This document shows positions 14,365 to 27,459 of a stretch of DNA of 64,000 nucleotides, piece by piece. Both the position numbers and the translations under genes were made by a program. A model generated the notes under the pieces. That model worked only from the letters and a program-made list of their open reading frames with translations, did not search any database and was not told where the DNA came from. Origin of the DNA: Octopus bimaculoides (Eukaryota); assembly GCF_001194135.2 (NCBI RefSeq), contig NC_068982.1, positions 146,454,137 to 146,518,136 on the forward strand, given 5' to 3'. Every line of letters begins with the position of its first letter. Positions within the stretch are counted from its first letter, which is position 1.

Positions 14365-14585
14365 ATAATGATGGTTTCAAATATTGGTAAAGGACAGCAA
14401 TTGTGGTGAGGGGATAAATCTATAGCATCGAACCTAGTATTCAAATTGAACTTATTTCATCGACCCCCAAACTGGATGAAAGGCTAAGTCGACGCAGGTG
14501 GCATTTCAACTCAGAACGTAAAGACGGACGAAATGCCGCTAAGTATTTTGTCTGGCGTGCAAACGATTTTGCCAGCTCGCCGCCT
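14365..14585 (-). mobile_element. tRNA-derived SINE family A
   Basis: Reverse complement begins GGCGGCGAGCTGGCAAAATCGTT and aligns along its length with 60495-60707. Confidence 0.85.
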
Positions 14586-14639
14586 CAGGCAGGAAATAAT
14601 GTTAACAATAATATTGACTTAAGACACTAACAGATAAGG

Positions 14640-15370
14640 TCCTGTGCTTTGGTCAGAAGCCATGTAGATGTAGGCTAAATCCTAGTGAGTGGCACTATGT
14701 ACAAGTGCGAGGCAGAATCGGACAGATTAGCCCATTGTGTGCGGATTTTCTCAAATGATGTCAGGATGGAGTTTAACTTTCAGCACGTGGTGGGATGGTG
14801 ATGAGACAAGGAAATGCTGGTCAAAACAGCAGGTATATGTATGCCAGTTGGTGAAATGACGAAGACAAATGAACCTGAATCCGGGTAAAAATACGTGGGA
14901 ATACTTCAGGCATCTGGTATTAAGCATGATGATATGAACGAAAAGACAAAGAGCGAGAATCTACGGTGATTGAGAAAGATAGATTCAAATAGAATGCCAG
15001 AAGCACAATTTAGGCAATAAACATGTGTGCAGTTGCAATGTTCAGTATGAAGCCGGAATTCAGAAGTGTAAAGATAATGAGCTACAGAAGTTGGATAGGA
15101 AGATAAGAACGTTCCAAACTATGCATGGAGAGCATTATCCATGTACAAGCACAGATCGTCTATATATGAAGAAACCAAGTGGAAGAAGTAGATCGATAAA
15201 TGTGGAAGACTACGTGCGTAATGAAAATCGGAACTTGTTGAGATATCTAACTAACAATGAGGAAGGTTTATTAAAGGCAGTTAGGGATGAGGACATGTTG
15301 AAAGCAGGAATAAAGAAAAGAATAATATAAGAAGTACAAGGACATGAAAAGGCACTACTTAAAGGCGTGC
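14640..15370 (+). mobile_element. R4/Dong-like LINE, decayed RT C-terminal/thumb region
   Basis: Frameshifted peptides HCVRIFSNDVRMEF, KYVGILQASGIKH and ELQKLDRKIRTFQTMHGEHYP...DRLYMKKPSGR...NVEDYVRNE parallel the KIRKL...LPRKEGGRG segment of 6446-7465. Confidence 0.8.
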
Positions 15371-15742
15371 GGAAAGTTATAAAATCATTTGTGTCTTTAT
15401 CAAGATCTATTTCTTAAATGTGAAATAATCATCTGCAGCTGACCTTACTTTTCGAAAGAAGGCTTAACTGCTACCCTTCTCACATTTCTCTTTGATTTCA
15501 TTTTGTATCGCAAAGTATAAATCTCAATTTTTTAATTCCGCTTGCAATTCAAGGAGTGCGTTGTTTATGTATCTCTCGTGTGAAATGATGGAGGATAGTT
15601 TACACTGGTTTTCAGGAGTGAAATTACCTTCCTTAAATTATGTCAATATAAAATAGAAAAAAGTTTTGCTCTCAATGCATGGAAGGCGTTGTATGAGAAT
15701 TTCTGTACAAGAATGGTGAGTAGAAGTATTCTCAAGAAACTA

Positions 15743-15869
15743 CAGGGTGTCCACAAAGTCTGGGTACATGGGGATTAACACATGCTTTAAGAAATTATTA
15801 GTTCTTATATTTAATTGTTTATGTTATGATTTTATTTACTCCATGTAGTCAGACTTTGTGGACACCCTG
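15743..15869. mobile_element. 127-bp Tc1/mariner-type MITE
   Basis: 29-bp terminal inverted repeats CAGGGTGTCCACAAAGTCTG(GG/AC)TACATGG (2 mismatches), flanked by TA at 15741-15742 and 15870-15871. Confidence 0.9.
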
Positions 15870-15985
15870 TACATATAGATAAAAACATTGACAGAAACAT
15901 GTGAGAAATTGAGAACAAATGGCTCCTAAAATATACATTAGCAGTGAACACATTCTACTAAGATAGCACTAGCGTGAGTGCACAC

Positions 15986-16026
<41 letters not shown>

Positions 16027-17436
16027 CGTGTGTGTATGTGTGCGCTCGCGCGTGTGCACGCGTGCGCATGTGTATGTATGTATGTATGTATGTATATATA
16101 TATATATATATATATAAACATATATATACATATATGCATATATACGTATATATATATTCCTATATATGTATATATANNNNNNNNNNNNNNNNNNNNNNNN
16201 NNNNNNNNNNNNNNNNNNNNNNNNNNNNNNNNNNNNNNNNNNNNNNNNNNNNNNNNNNNNNNNNNNNNNNNNNNNNNNNNNNNNNNNNNNNNNNNNNNNN
16301 NNNNNNNNNNNNNNNNNNNNNNNNNNNNNNNNNNNNNNNNNNNNNNNNNNNNNNNNNNNNNNNNNNNNNNNNNNNNNNNNNNNNNNNNNNNNNNNNNNNN
16401 NNNNNNNNNNNNNNNNNNNNNNNNNNNNNNNNNNNNNNNNNNNNNNNNNNNNNNNNNNNNNNNNNNNNNNNNNNNNNNNNNNNNNNNNNNNNNNNNNNNN
16501 NNNNNNNNNNNNNNNNNNNCACGTTAAGGATTCCTTTAAGGAATCGCTAACTTTTTAACATATAATGCTCCTCTGAGTAATTTTAATTATGTTTTACATG
16601 TCTTTAATAGACTAAATTATATCTAAATAGGTTAATGATTTAAGGATAGTGTGAATATGGTAAAAAGTAAAGTGTTTTGTTCTCATTTGAGTAGGTTTCC
16701 TTTTTGAATTTATACGTGATGTGAAATCTATTCTCGAAATTTCATTAGATACAATGACAGTGTCACCTTTCATTCCTTTAATATAATGTATTGAACTTCA
16801 CATGATGCTAAACTTCAAGTGTGAAGATTTAAAAGTTTATCTTTTTTGAACTTTGAAATTTGTTGCTTGTTGCTTTAAAAGAAATTTCTTTGATCTTACA
16901 CCCATCACTGGATTGTGTCTTTAGAAATACTTTTGTGGAATTAGCTTTCAAGTTAATTATTACCTTACCATTTTATCAATCAAAATAACTTAATCCGCTG
17001 AGAGTCAATCGTTAATATATATTATATGTATAAATTTAAAAAATTAATATTGATATTCAGTAGAAAGTGCATGCTGCACTTGTCCTTGATAATTCGTATC
17101 CAATCAGAGATTTCATTCACAATGTCATACACAAGTACTCTCAAAATCCTACATCTGATTTATCGTTAAAGTTACAACTACAGTTAAAGAATGAAATATC
17201 TCTGTAGCTGCCATCGCAAAGCTAAGTACCTGTAATTCAAAATGACATCCTTTTCACGCAGTCAGGTTTAATTCTGTCTGAAGATTACATTAAGGCTACA
17301 GGAGTTAGTGAAATACTCAGCTAACTGCAGGCTACTTTATGAAGCTGAAATGACCGAATGAGTAGAATATTGATGAATAAAACCGACGGAGATTGCTTTT
17401 ATTTATCGCCAGATATTTCTGAAACTTCACTTTTTA

Positions 17437-17577
17437 TACATTATTTACATTTGACAGATATTTGTCCTCATCTTGTTTGTTGTTAACACAACGTTTCGAC
17501 TGATATACCCTCCAACCTTCATCAAGTTTCTTGGGAAAATTTCAAACTTGAGTTCTCATTCCTAAGGTATATTTTGA

Positions 17578-17611
<34 letters not shown>

Positions 17612-17669
17612 GCTCAGATCACTGCCTGAAATCGAACTCGGAATATTGGAGTTTGTAGCCCGCGCTCTT
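17437..17669 (-). mobile_element. Left arm of inverted SINE pair: truncated tRNA-like head, (AAC)n linker, PLE-like tail with degraded hammerhead-like motif (17485-17530)
   Basis: B-box GAGTTCGATTTC on the minus strand; the arm is the reverse complement of 17670-17708 and 18487-18631. Confidence 0.8.
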
Positions 17670-17718
17670 AACCCCAAGATTCCGAGTCCGATTCCAGGCA
17701 GTGATCTGGATAATAATG

Positions 17719-17794
<76 letters not shown>

Positions 17795-17825
17795 TAATAA
17801 TAATAATAATGATAATAATAATAAT

Positions 17826-18406
17826 GGAATAACAACAGAAAAAAGATGGTATAAACACACGCCAGAATAGGTCACAGAAAACGAGAAAGCAACCATACTC
17901 TGGGATATGGCAATACACACAGATAGAGAAATTAAGGCAAATAGACCAGATATAGTTGNNNNNNNNNNNNNNNNNNNNNNNNNNNNNNNNNNNNNNNNNN
18001 NNNNNNNNNNNNNNNNNNNNNNNNNNNNNNNNNNNNNNNNNNNNNNNNNNNNNNNNNNNNNNNNNNNNNNNNNNNNNNNNNNNNNNNNNNNNNNNNNNNN
18101 NNNNNNNNNNNNNNNNNNNNAGATAACTCGAATGTGGAATCTAAAAACAGAAACAATTCCTATCATAGTAGGTGCCTTAGGTATAATGAAAAAATATTCA
18201 GACAAATACATAACAAAAACACCAGGACTTACAAATATATATAACATACAGAAAATTGCACTACTGGGTACTGCACACATTCTACGCAAAACACTTTCAA
18301 TACAGTAAACATAAGAGCACCACAGCAAACCACAGCACATACCCAAGGCGCACAGAGCTGCGCTCGGTAGTGAAGTGAAAGCACGTTATAAAAATAAAAC
18401 TACTGA
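17826..18406 (+). mobile_element. 5'-truncated R4/Dong-like LINE 3' end (RLE and 3' UTR)
   Basis: WYKHTPE*VTENEKATILWDMAIHTDREIKANRPDIV [gap] MWNLKTETIPIIVGALG...IQKIALLGTAHILRKTLSIQ*, a short UTR, and (AAT)n on both sides. Confidence 0.92.
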
Positions 18407-18408
18407 AC

Positions 18409-18458
<50 letters not shown>

Positions 18459-18537
18459 TGATGGTGGTGGTGATGACGATGATGATAACATCGAAAAATA
18501 CCTTAAGACTGAGAACCGAGATTCGAAATTTCCCCAA

Positions 18538-18583
18538 GACACCTGATGAAGGCTGGAGGGTATATCAGCCGAAACGTTGTGTT
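18538..18583 (+). ncRNA. Minimal type I hammerhead-like motif (canonical CUGAUGA core, extra A, CG mini stem III)
   Basis: GACAC-CUGAUGA-A-GGCUG/CAGCC-GAAA-CG-UU-GUGUU; stem I GACAC/GUGUU. Folded by hand. Confidence 0.65.
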
Positions 18584-19724
18584 AACAACAAACAAGATGA
18601 GGACAAATATCCGTCAAATGTAAATAATGTACATAATTCCTCATCTCTTAAATATAGAACTTCACTTTATATGTATACATCTAATTTAGATTTAAAGTTT
18701 CTCTGCTATTCCTAATAGAGCAATAAATACATAAGAACAATAAATACATAATAGAGCAATAAATACATAAGTCAATCATTTGAAGTATTGCTGGTGCTTA
18801 TCGCAAAAATGAACAATACAATACATCCAAGTATGTTAGTGCAGAATTTCATGTCAGCAAATTATAAAAACATATTGCACTGCTGAAGACTGATATCATC
18901 ATTTATAAAATATTTACCTGTAAGGCAAATAATTTATACATGAAGAACGATCAAACAAGGCAAAGGAGGGAAAAAGGAGAGAAATAACACAAAACTCTTC
19001 TAAAACTCCCAGAACGAAAAGTTTCTTACGTGTTTAACGTAAGAAACTTTTCCTCTTCTTATCACAAAAACTCTTTCCATTGTCACCCCTCCTCCACTGT
19101 TAAAAGAAAAGAAAATAGAAAATATCGATCATGTTTGAGTATAATGTTAATTCAAATTTCAAATGACTCAGAGGCTCCCATTTCTTTGCCTTTATCTTTT
19201 CACTCCTTTGCTCCACTGTTAAGGAAGTAAGAAAAAAAAAAAAAAGAAACGAACACTAATCGAATATAATTCCTGAAGGTTTTAAATGAGAATAGACCAA
19301 CTAATTTCATGATCCCATGTTATGTTGTACTGAGGAGCCCACAAGAATAGCGAAATGGTGCTATCTACAAAAACTAGGACGCTAAAAAAGAAAAAGATGA
19401 ATTATATGAAAACATTTCATATGCTCCCTCACTCATAAGACGAAGAACTCTCATAATAAAAAAAGGATAAACCCTGAAAGGGTCCTCTTCCCTTAAAGAG
19501 GAATCTTTCCCTTCTCTTCTATTTCTTAACAATCTCTCTCTCTATCTCTCTCTCTTTGTCTCTTACTCCAAAAGCAACTGTAGGTGCCAGCAACAACAGT
19601 CCCCAGACAAATTTGTTTTGTGAAAACCATTTATACACATCCTAATATTTGTGTTGCTACAGAGTACATGCATATTGTTTATATAAAAAGAAATAACTTA
19701 TAACAGTTAATATATAACTTGATG

Positions 19725-19925
19725 ACGGTAGTGAGTTGGTAGAATCGTAGCCACGCCGGAAAATGCTTGGCAGGAATTCTTTCGACGTTAGGTTCAAATG
19801 CCACCGAGTTGACTTTGCCTTTCATTCTTTAGGGGTTGATATGATAAGAACCAGTTGATCAAAGAGATCGATGAAATCGACTTGCCCCATCAATTGCTGG
19901 ACTTGTGCCAATGTTTGAAACCAAT
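19725..19925 (+). mobile_element. SINE family A, diverged
   Basis: Aligns with 60495-60707; flanked by the 12-bp duplication TATAACTT(G/A)ATG (19713-19724 and 19926-19937). Confidence 0.8.
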
Positions 19926-20402
19926 TATAACTTAATGTATGAAGGTAACTGAATTAAACGTCAGCATGCACAATACCTAGCATGCATGTGTGACTCAGAT
20001 CACGTGTTCATAACTTCTGCTAGATAATTCGTAGTCATATAATACATGTATGTATATATGTATNNNNNNNNNNNNNNNNNNNNNNNNNNNNNNNNNNNNN
20101 NNNNNNNNNNNNNNNNNNNNNNNNNNNNNNNNNNNNNNNNNNNNNNNNNNNNNNNNNNNNNNNNNNNNNNNNNNNNNNNNNNNNNNNNNNNNNNNNNNNN
20201 NNNNNNNNNNNNNNNNNNNNNNNNNNNNNNNNNNNNNNNNNNNNNNNNNNNNNNNNNNNNNNNNNNNNNNNNNNGTGAAACTTCGGAGAATATTCTCTAA
20301 ACAGCATGACCACACTAGATTACATAATTTTGTAACAATATACACAATTTTTCCCAACATCAACACTCTACAACCACTTGTTTTTTTCTTTTCTCTCCCT
20401 CC

Positions 20403-20458
<56 letters not shown>

Positions 20459-22324
20459 ACACACACGCACACACACACACACTCACACATACACATTCCC
20501 ACAAACACACAGTATGATAAAGACTCTGACACACACATGCACAGCTAAGACACTGGCACACAAGCAAATATACATATACATTCGAGTGTATATGAATGTC
20601 TGTCTGTCTTTATGTCTGTGTGTCTCTCTGTGTGTCTGTTTATACGTCTGTCTATGTATGTATATACATACGTATGTACATATATCTCTAAGTTTACCGG
20701 ACAACAATTGATTATCAATATTTCAATGACACAATTGTCGATAGTTTTCTCGATATCATGATATATGACAAAGCAATGAATATTTTCTTGCTACATCTAT
20801 GTAAACCAAATAGATGCATAACCCTTTAAATATGCCCTTAAGCGGTTATAGTTTACAGCGATAACTCATTAAAACGGATACATTTGCGATTTGTATATAA
20901 CAGATAATGTTTATTTATAATTCATACGGAGGTTTGACCTACAGATTATACATCATTCCTTCATTTTTTTCAAATTGTTCTTGCTGTTGTGTAATCCCTA
21001 TAATTTCTACATATATAAGCAGATATGAAAGCATACATACGGTGATTATCAAAAATATTCCTCATGCTGTCAAAAATTACAGCTGTAGTGTAAATTATAG
21101 AGGATGTGTAAAACCACGTCCAACGGGACGAGTGAAGCGTCCTGCGTCCTTATCTAAAGTATTTTTACATTGTATTTAAAAGAAAATATATAATTATTTC
21201 ATCTTATTACACGCCGAATCCCGAAAGAGAAGGGACATCATAGCATATAAGCACATACACAGTGGTGCTTTGTGCATGTTCTTGTATATCGTTATAGCCA
21301 GTCTTTTTTATGTAAAATATGAGTACTGCACCACTGCACTGATTAATGATAGTTATACAAATTTGCTTAAAATTAAGAAAGTATGAAATGCAAAAATATT
21401 ACAGTCTTATTTACAAAGCTTTCGAAATATTTACATATAAATCTCATTAATCTAGTGATTGAACGATTATTTACACATTATTCATAACGCGTCTAGCCAG
21501 TTTCTGGCGCAAAATATGCTAGTCAAATATTACGTCATAGGAGAATAATTTCTCTCTTTTAAGACGAGTGTGTGTTTTAGACCCGCAGCTCAGTACCATA
21601 TGGGTGGCTGGGATACCGGTATTTAGACATGTTGTTGTAGTCATTCTTTTATCACAATATTCGTTGCAAAACTGCGATTTTCATAAGGAGTTCATTGCTT
21701 TACATTATCTGTATTTAAGGATTGTTCCTATTTGTAATTTTGCCTAAAACAACATAAAGCAGCCTGTGAATAAACACATGAGATGACAAGTAGATGATAA
21801 CTTGATTAAATATTCACCCTAATCTATTCTCGTAACAACAAGTGCAGATATCAAGGGAAATCGTTGTCTATTCGTCTTGAAATAAGAATCTGTATCACTT
21901 GAAGATAAAATTGTGACAAACAACTTATCCCTTTCTTAATTCCACTTAGCATCATTCCATGGCAGCATAGATTATAAAAAGATATTATGATCCACAGGTC
22001 TTCTTCAGTAAACCTCTAGGTGGATTGAGATTGCGCAATAGCAAGACAATATAATCAAATTCGCACTGGCAGACTTAAGGTAACATGCAATGTGTCCTAC
22101 GTATTCAAGTAAACAACCAATACTTCAGCTGCACTCAGGTATGTTCCACCAGAATGGCGTTTTATCTCATAACGTACAAATTCACAGTTCAATTAAACCT
22201 TCTTTATATCTAGATATATGTATTTATATCTTTTATACACATGTTGAACATGCATTCCACTGACTTGATAGTTAAGCATATTTACACCATTTCATAATCA
22301 TTAAACTTACAATATATATATAAT

Positions 22325-22417
22325 AATAAGTACTGGGGTCGATTTGCTCGACTAAAAGGCGGTGCTCCAGCATGGCCGCAGTCAAATGACAGAAACAAGT
22401 AAAAGAGTAAAGAGTAT
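22325..22417 (+). mobile_element. SINE family B 3' tail only
   Basis: CTGGGGTCGATTTGCTCGACTAAAAGGCGGTGCTCCAGCATGGCCGCAGTCAAATGAC is nearly identical to the 3' end of 35768-36168. Confidence 0.9.
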
Positions 22418-22690
22418 ATATATATACTAGCTATAGGGAACCTGCAGTCGGCAACCACGCATTTTTCAAAACAAGTATTTTAAGTAGGCGTTGCCTGTTG
22501 TGTGTACAAGAACTATTTTTTTTTATGTACATTTCTTTCATAGGTAAAATTTCTCTATGTAAATTCTTTTTATACTGTCCGTTCTCTTGCAAGATGCTCA
22601 AGGGAATTTATTTGTAGCAAGCCCCATGGATAACATGATTTTTGTGTTTGGGTAGCAACTGTAAATTCCTAATTTTTCAACCCTAGAATG

Positions 22691-22855
22691 TGTTATGTCT
22701 CAAGCTACTGCTATCTAGCACCTTCAGATGATCTCTACTCAACTGCTACTCAACTGCTACTCGACTGCTACTCAACACCCCTACCACAGCCAGACTACCT
22801 CTATTTATATGTCTTAGGAGATCCTACTTCTTCGCCGGTGGGCGTCGACACAACA
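22691..22855 (+). mobile_element. 165-bp solo LTR (orientation arbitrary)
   Basis: TGT...ACA termini and an exact 5-bp TSD GAATG (22686-22690, 22856-22860); second copy at 56568-56765. Confidence 0.85.
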
Positions 22856-24269
22856 GAATGTATGAAAACTAGCTAATATTTCCTTCATACTTTACGTTTG
22901 CTACATTTATCCAAACCCTAAAGAATTCCTCTCAACACCTGTGAATGATAAATGAAAGGTTGGATGTATGCACACATTACGTATGCATACATACAACCAT
23001 TCATTTATTTATGTAATAGCTTTTATTCCCAGTGGTGTTAACATACTATTCACTCAGAGTAAATTAAGCAAAATCAATTTAGTACACAAATGTCAATGCT
23101 GATCTACTGCCCAAGTCATTCACCCCCACACACACATATACACATACATATATACATGTATATGTGTGTGTATATATATATGTGTGTATGTTTATATATG
23201 TGTGTGTGTATGTAAATATATATATGTATATATATGTATATATANNNNNNNNNNNNNNNNNNNNNNNNNNNNNNNNNNNNNNNNNNNNNNNNNNNNNNNN
23301 NNNNNNNNNNNNNNNNNNNNNNNNNNNNNNNNNNNNNNNNNNNNNNNNNNNNNNNNNNNNNNNNNNNNNNNNNNNNNNNNNNNNNNNNNNNNNNNNNNNN
23401 NNNNNNNNNNNNNNNNNNNNNNNNNNNNNNNNNNNNNNNNNNNNNNNNNNNNNNNNNNNNNNNNNNNTATATATATATATATATATATGAATATATAACC
23501 AAAGTAATTAATATATCAATATACTGTAATTAATCTATACGAATTTACGATAACATTATTCTATTAAACGCCCATTACATCATATAAATGGAGAATAATT
23601 TAACACTTTCTTTAATTTTACCTTTAGTACGTAGTTTCGCTTTCTTAATTTCCATATCCTTCTACATTGCGTAGACTTAAGTATTAACAGTGCTATATTA
23701 AATTTCCTTCTAGAAAGAGAAATTTATGAATTCATTTCAACATATAACATTTACTTTATTAGAGAATATTATGGGAAATTAATAACTTATAACTTCTCAT
23801 TAGGTTTATAGACGAAAAGCTAAGATCTCCACTTGTTCACTACGTAATTTCTAGATACCATGTAGTGAGATTGTTTCAAATATAAATCGAAATTTTTCAA
23901 TATTTCAAAATTACAAGAAAGCCACTGCATACGCTCTTTAAAGTAATATGCTTTACATTGGCTTGCTCTCATTGTATCCTGTATTCCTATAGTGTGTATG
24001 CATAATTATACATATCTCAAACATGTGAGAAGGTCGCCGTCAACAGATGCAACATGAAAGAAGCTCGAATTTCAACAGTGATAAACGCAAAATATAACCA
24101 TATGAGGAAATACAATTATGTTGAAAGAACGTGCAATTATCAAGCACAGAAAAATTACTGCCAAAATACTACAGATGAATTTTGATATATATTTATATAC
24201 ATATATTTAAACGGAGCACCAATAATACAAAAAATATGAAGGAAATACATAATTCTTAACTCGAAAACT

Positions 24270-24660
24270 GTTCCACGAGGCTCGGAGTTACGTAATAATC
24301 GTAATAGTTATAACTTGCTGATGGAATATGCAAAACAGTTATGGATATTCAAGCAGTAAACAGTTACATGAAAATATTGCAATAAGCCTGGTTTCCCTCA
24401 TCAGGAGAAGATTGGGGGAAACGGTTCATATAATATTGCCGGAGATTTAGACGTTTCAAAGTGAAGCGGTAGAACAAGAACGAAAGTTATGTAAGGGGGA
24501 GTAGAACTTCTACGAGAGATAAAGGAGAGGTCCGAGACAGAATAGAAGAAACAGAAAGCAGGGAGAGGAAGGAGGATTTCTGCAATTTAGGATGGAAAGA
24601 ACACAAGTAGAATAGACATCCTGGGTCGTAAAATTCCACAAACATGATTAAAACTTCTTT
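24270..24660 (-). mobile_element. Possible PLE-type 3' region remnant
   Basis: On the minus strand a pyrimidine-rich stretch is followed by CTGATGAGGG, an architecture similar to 48408-49320; the rest of a hammerhead cannot be folded. Confidence 0.35.
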
Positions 24661-24676
24661 CCCAAGATGTATTTTC

Positions 24677-24741
<65 letters not shown>

Positions 24742-26043
24742 ATCTCTTTCTATACTTTGTGTGTTGTAAACAGCATCGTTCTGGTTGCTTTTGTGTCAGT
24801 TAAACTAGAAAGTAATTATTATTGTGTTCTTAGTAACTCTGTTATAGTGTAGTGTATACAGATAATTCATTCCAGGCATGTAGTCTACATTGTTTGCGAT
24901 ATTTTCTTCCTGCTACTTTCTGTCTCAATAATGTTTACTTGTAGTTACATACTTGAACAGTTTTCTGGAAATATAACATTTCATCTCTTAAGATTTTGTA
25001 ATTGCATAGTGGTTTTAGTTTATTCTCCACACACTATGAGTTATACATTTGTCAGGCTTTCGGTGATTTCTGCACTATATTTCTTCAAAGCAATTTATTT
25101 TCACAGAAAAAGATCTTTATATTTTAGAAAAATATTCTTTTACGTTCTACACATCTAGAAGTTCTTGCTTAAACTGCAATATATTGACATAATGAACATA
25201 AATACCGATGATTAATGTGTATAATTTATTCTCATTTATAAGCCACTGAGTATTTCTACATTGAAACATTCAAATATTTAAAAGTGCATAAATTATTAAA
25301 GCTTCGCTCTACACTGTATTATATATCGCGGCAAAGAAGAACATTTGAATTGCTCTTTCAATAACAATCTCAATGTTGGTTTTCAAATATGTATCATGAA
25401 TTATTGACAGAAGGTGTCATAATTTATCAAGCTGTATTCAGTTATTCGGATGAAAGGTTTCTCAAATAACGTCTCTTACTCGCACATATGGTTTGTCAGC
25501 GCCATAGAACCAAAAATTTAAAATAAAAAACAGAGCGTTTAAATTCTAATGTGTTAAATTCAATTTTAATTTTTCGTACTTATTTTTTAGGCAAGCATCA
25601 TTTTGTAAGGATTTTGAAGATGTCAAGAATTTACATATTACTATTATTATTGTAACACGTGTACCTAAACATACCTAATCCAAGTGTAATGACGTGGAAC
25701 AGCCAACTGCTGTTCAACTAATGCATACATTGCACAATGAAAACTTCTTACTTACACAACAGGTTAATTAGTGCAAACAAATAAACAAAAAATAGTCCTG
25801 TAAAGAGCAAAACATTATCCGCATTGGAATTAGAGGTTAGATACTTGTCAAAACTATAACGACTTACACATTAATGATTCATTTATGAAAAGAATACCGA
25901 AAGGGGTTTATAAATATAATGAAAGTGTTATTTTGGATTTTTGTCATGTGAAAATATAAGAAAGAATTATCAGTCTTACGAGAGAATTATTTTTAATACT
26001 TGATTACTAGTTAGATAAATACACGAAAGGAAATTTGTGCGCG

Positions 26044-26081
<38 letters not shown>

Positions 26082-26354
26082 CGTATCTGTGTGAAAGCGC
26101 AGCATGTCTGAGCGGTCAACAAATTTATTTCGTAATTATGAAGCTTAAATTTTGGTCCCACGCAGTGGCTAGTGAAACTGAGGACAGGAAACGCATAAAA
26201 CCTGATCGGATGGATTATAACCTCTGATCTAAATAATACAGCTTTATCCCACCCTTTGGTACGCTAACTCCGAATGAGAATTATGTTAAGCAGAACTGTG
26301 AAGGCAATGCTGTTGTTCAAAGAACTTGGTCCTCAACGTCGAACAACGCACATC

Positions 26355-27030
26355 CATGATCCAGAGGATCATCATGGTCTTCTTCTCTCTGGTTCTAAAC
26401 GTTCTCAGGATCCAGCCAGTCGTCTGCACTTTGTGGCCATCCTGGTAATTTGCACTTGCAAAGTGCTTGCATCACTCATGTCGATACCCAGGTCCCACGT
26501 TGATTTAGGCTCTGGGATTGTAATCCCATGTGGACCAGTGTACCCTGTAAGTTTTATATTCAGTTTTGGACGCTGGTAGTGCAGGTCTTGGAATTTTTTC
26601 AGCATTAAACTGCATATTATTATACTCAGCCTATTTGTAAATTGATTCCAACTCTTATTGCAGGTGTGCAACTTCGCTGGGGTTCTGTATTTTCTGCATG
26701 ACTTTTGTATCGTTTGCATAGCTAGCAAGAGTGGCTTTTCGTGCAGCTGAGGGCATATCTGAGAAAGCCACTATGAAAAACAGTGGTCCAAAGATAGTGC
26801 CCTGTGGATCACCGCTCACAATTTGTGTTTGCATTGAGGTGGCTTCAAACACCACTACTGCCTGACTTTCAGAACGTCATGTAACCACTCTCCAAGATTT
26901 CCAGCTATGCCGAGATCACGCAGTTTGTGGCATATCAGACCATGATCCAGTTTATCAAAAGCTTTTGCAAAGTCAGGGTATATTACGTCCACATTTGAAT
27001 TGTTGAGTAACTGCCTCAACACCTTCATAG
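26355..27030 (-). mobile_element. CR1-like LINE reverse transcriptase fragment
   Basis: VDVIYPDFAKAFDKLDHGLICHKL...SGDPQGTIFGPLFFIV...SYANDTKV (degenerate YADD)...DLGIDMS...ILRTFRTR, with stops and frameshifts. Confidence 0.92.
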
Positions 27031-27040
27031 GGCTGTAAGG

Positions 27041-27161
27041 CTCACAAGGCTTTGGTCGGCCCGAGGCGATAGTAAAAGACACTTTCCGAAGGTGCCACGC
27101 AGTGGGACTGAACTCGGAACCATGTGGTTGAGAAGCAAGCTTCTTACTACACAGCTGCGCC
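27041..27161 (-). mobile_element. SINE family B 5' part abutting the CR1 fragment
   Basis: Reverse complement ...GGTTCCGAGTTCAGTCCCACTGCGTGGCACCTTCGGAAAGTGTC matches the family B head. Confidence 0.88.
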
Positions 27162-27410
27162 TATATATAATATTTTAGATTGATTCAACTCCATATGACT
27201 TATAGTTTCGTTCCTGCATAGGACGAACCCATCTTATCACATATCACCAGATTTGAGACAAACGGATTTGATTTCAGACAAGTTTACAATGGTTTCTAGG
27301 TGTGAGGTCTTTATTGGTCAACTCAGGCCACGTGGTACGGATACGACACCAGTTCTTTTCCGCATTCTTTTGCTCACGTGTACAGGTAGGATGTTGTTAG
27401 GGAACTATCC

Positions 27411-27459
<49 letters not shown>

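Larger units (their letters stand above)
17670..18660 (+). mobile_element. Right arm of inverted SINE pair, interrupted by an R4/Dong insertion in its (AAT)n linker
   Basis: Head remnant at 17670-17708 (35/39 identical to the reverse complement of the left arm); the tail at 18487-18660 mirrors 17437-17580. Confidence 0.8.

Noticed and set aside
18715-18770. Three imperfect copies of an approximately 18-bp unit containing CAATAAATACATAA
   Set aside because: A trivial local slippage duplication.
20907-21179. Short ORFs on both strands, including a hydrophobic minus-strand stretch
   Set aside because: No consistent start or splice context and no recognisable domain.
22691-22855. 11-bp array as a CRISPR-like or coding repeat
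   Set aside because: No spacers; the units are internal to a solo LTR.
24361-24410. CUGAUGA on the minus strand as a further hammerhead
   Set aside because: No intact GAAA, palindrome or stem I could be folded.
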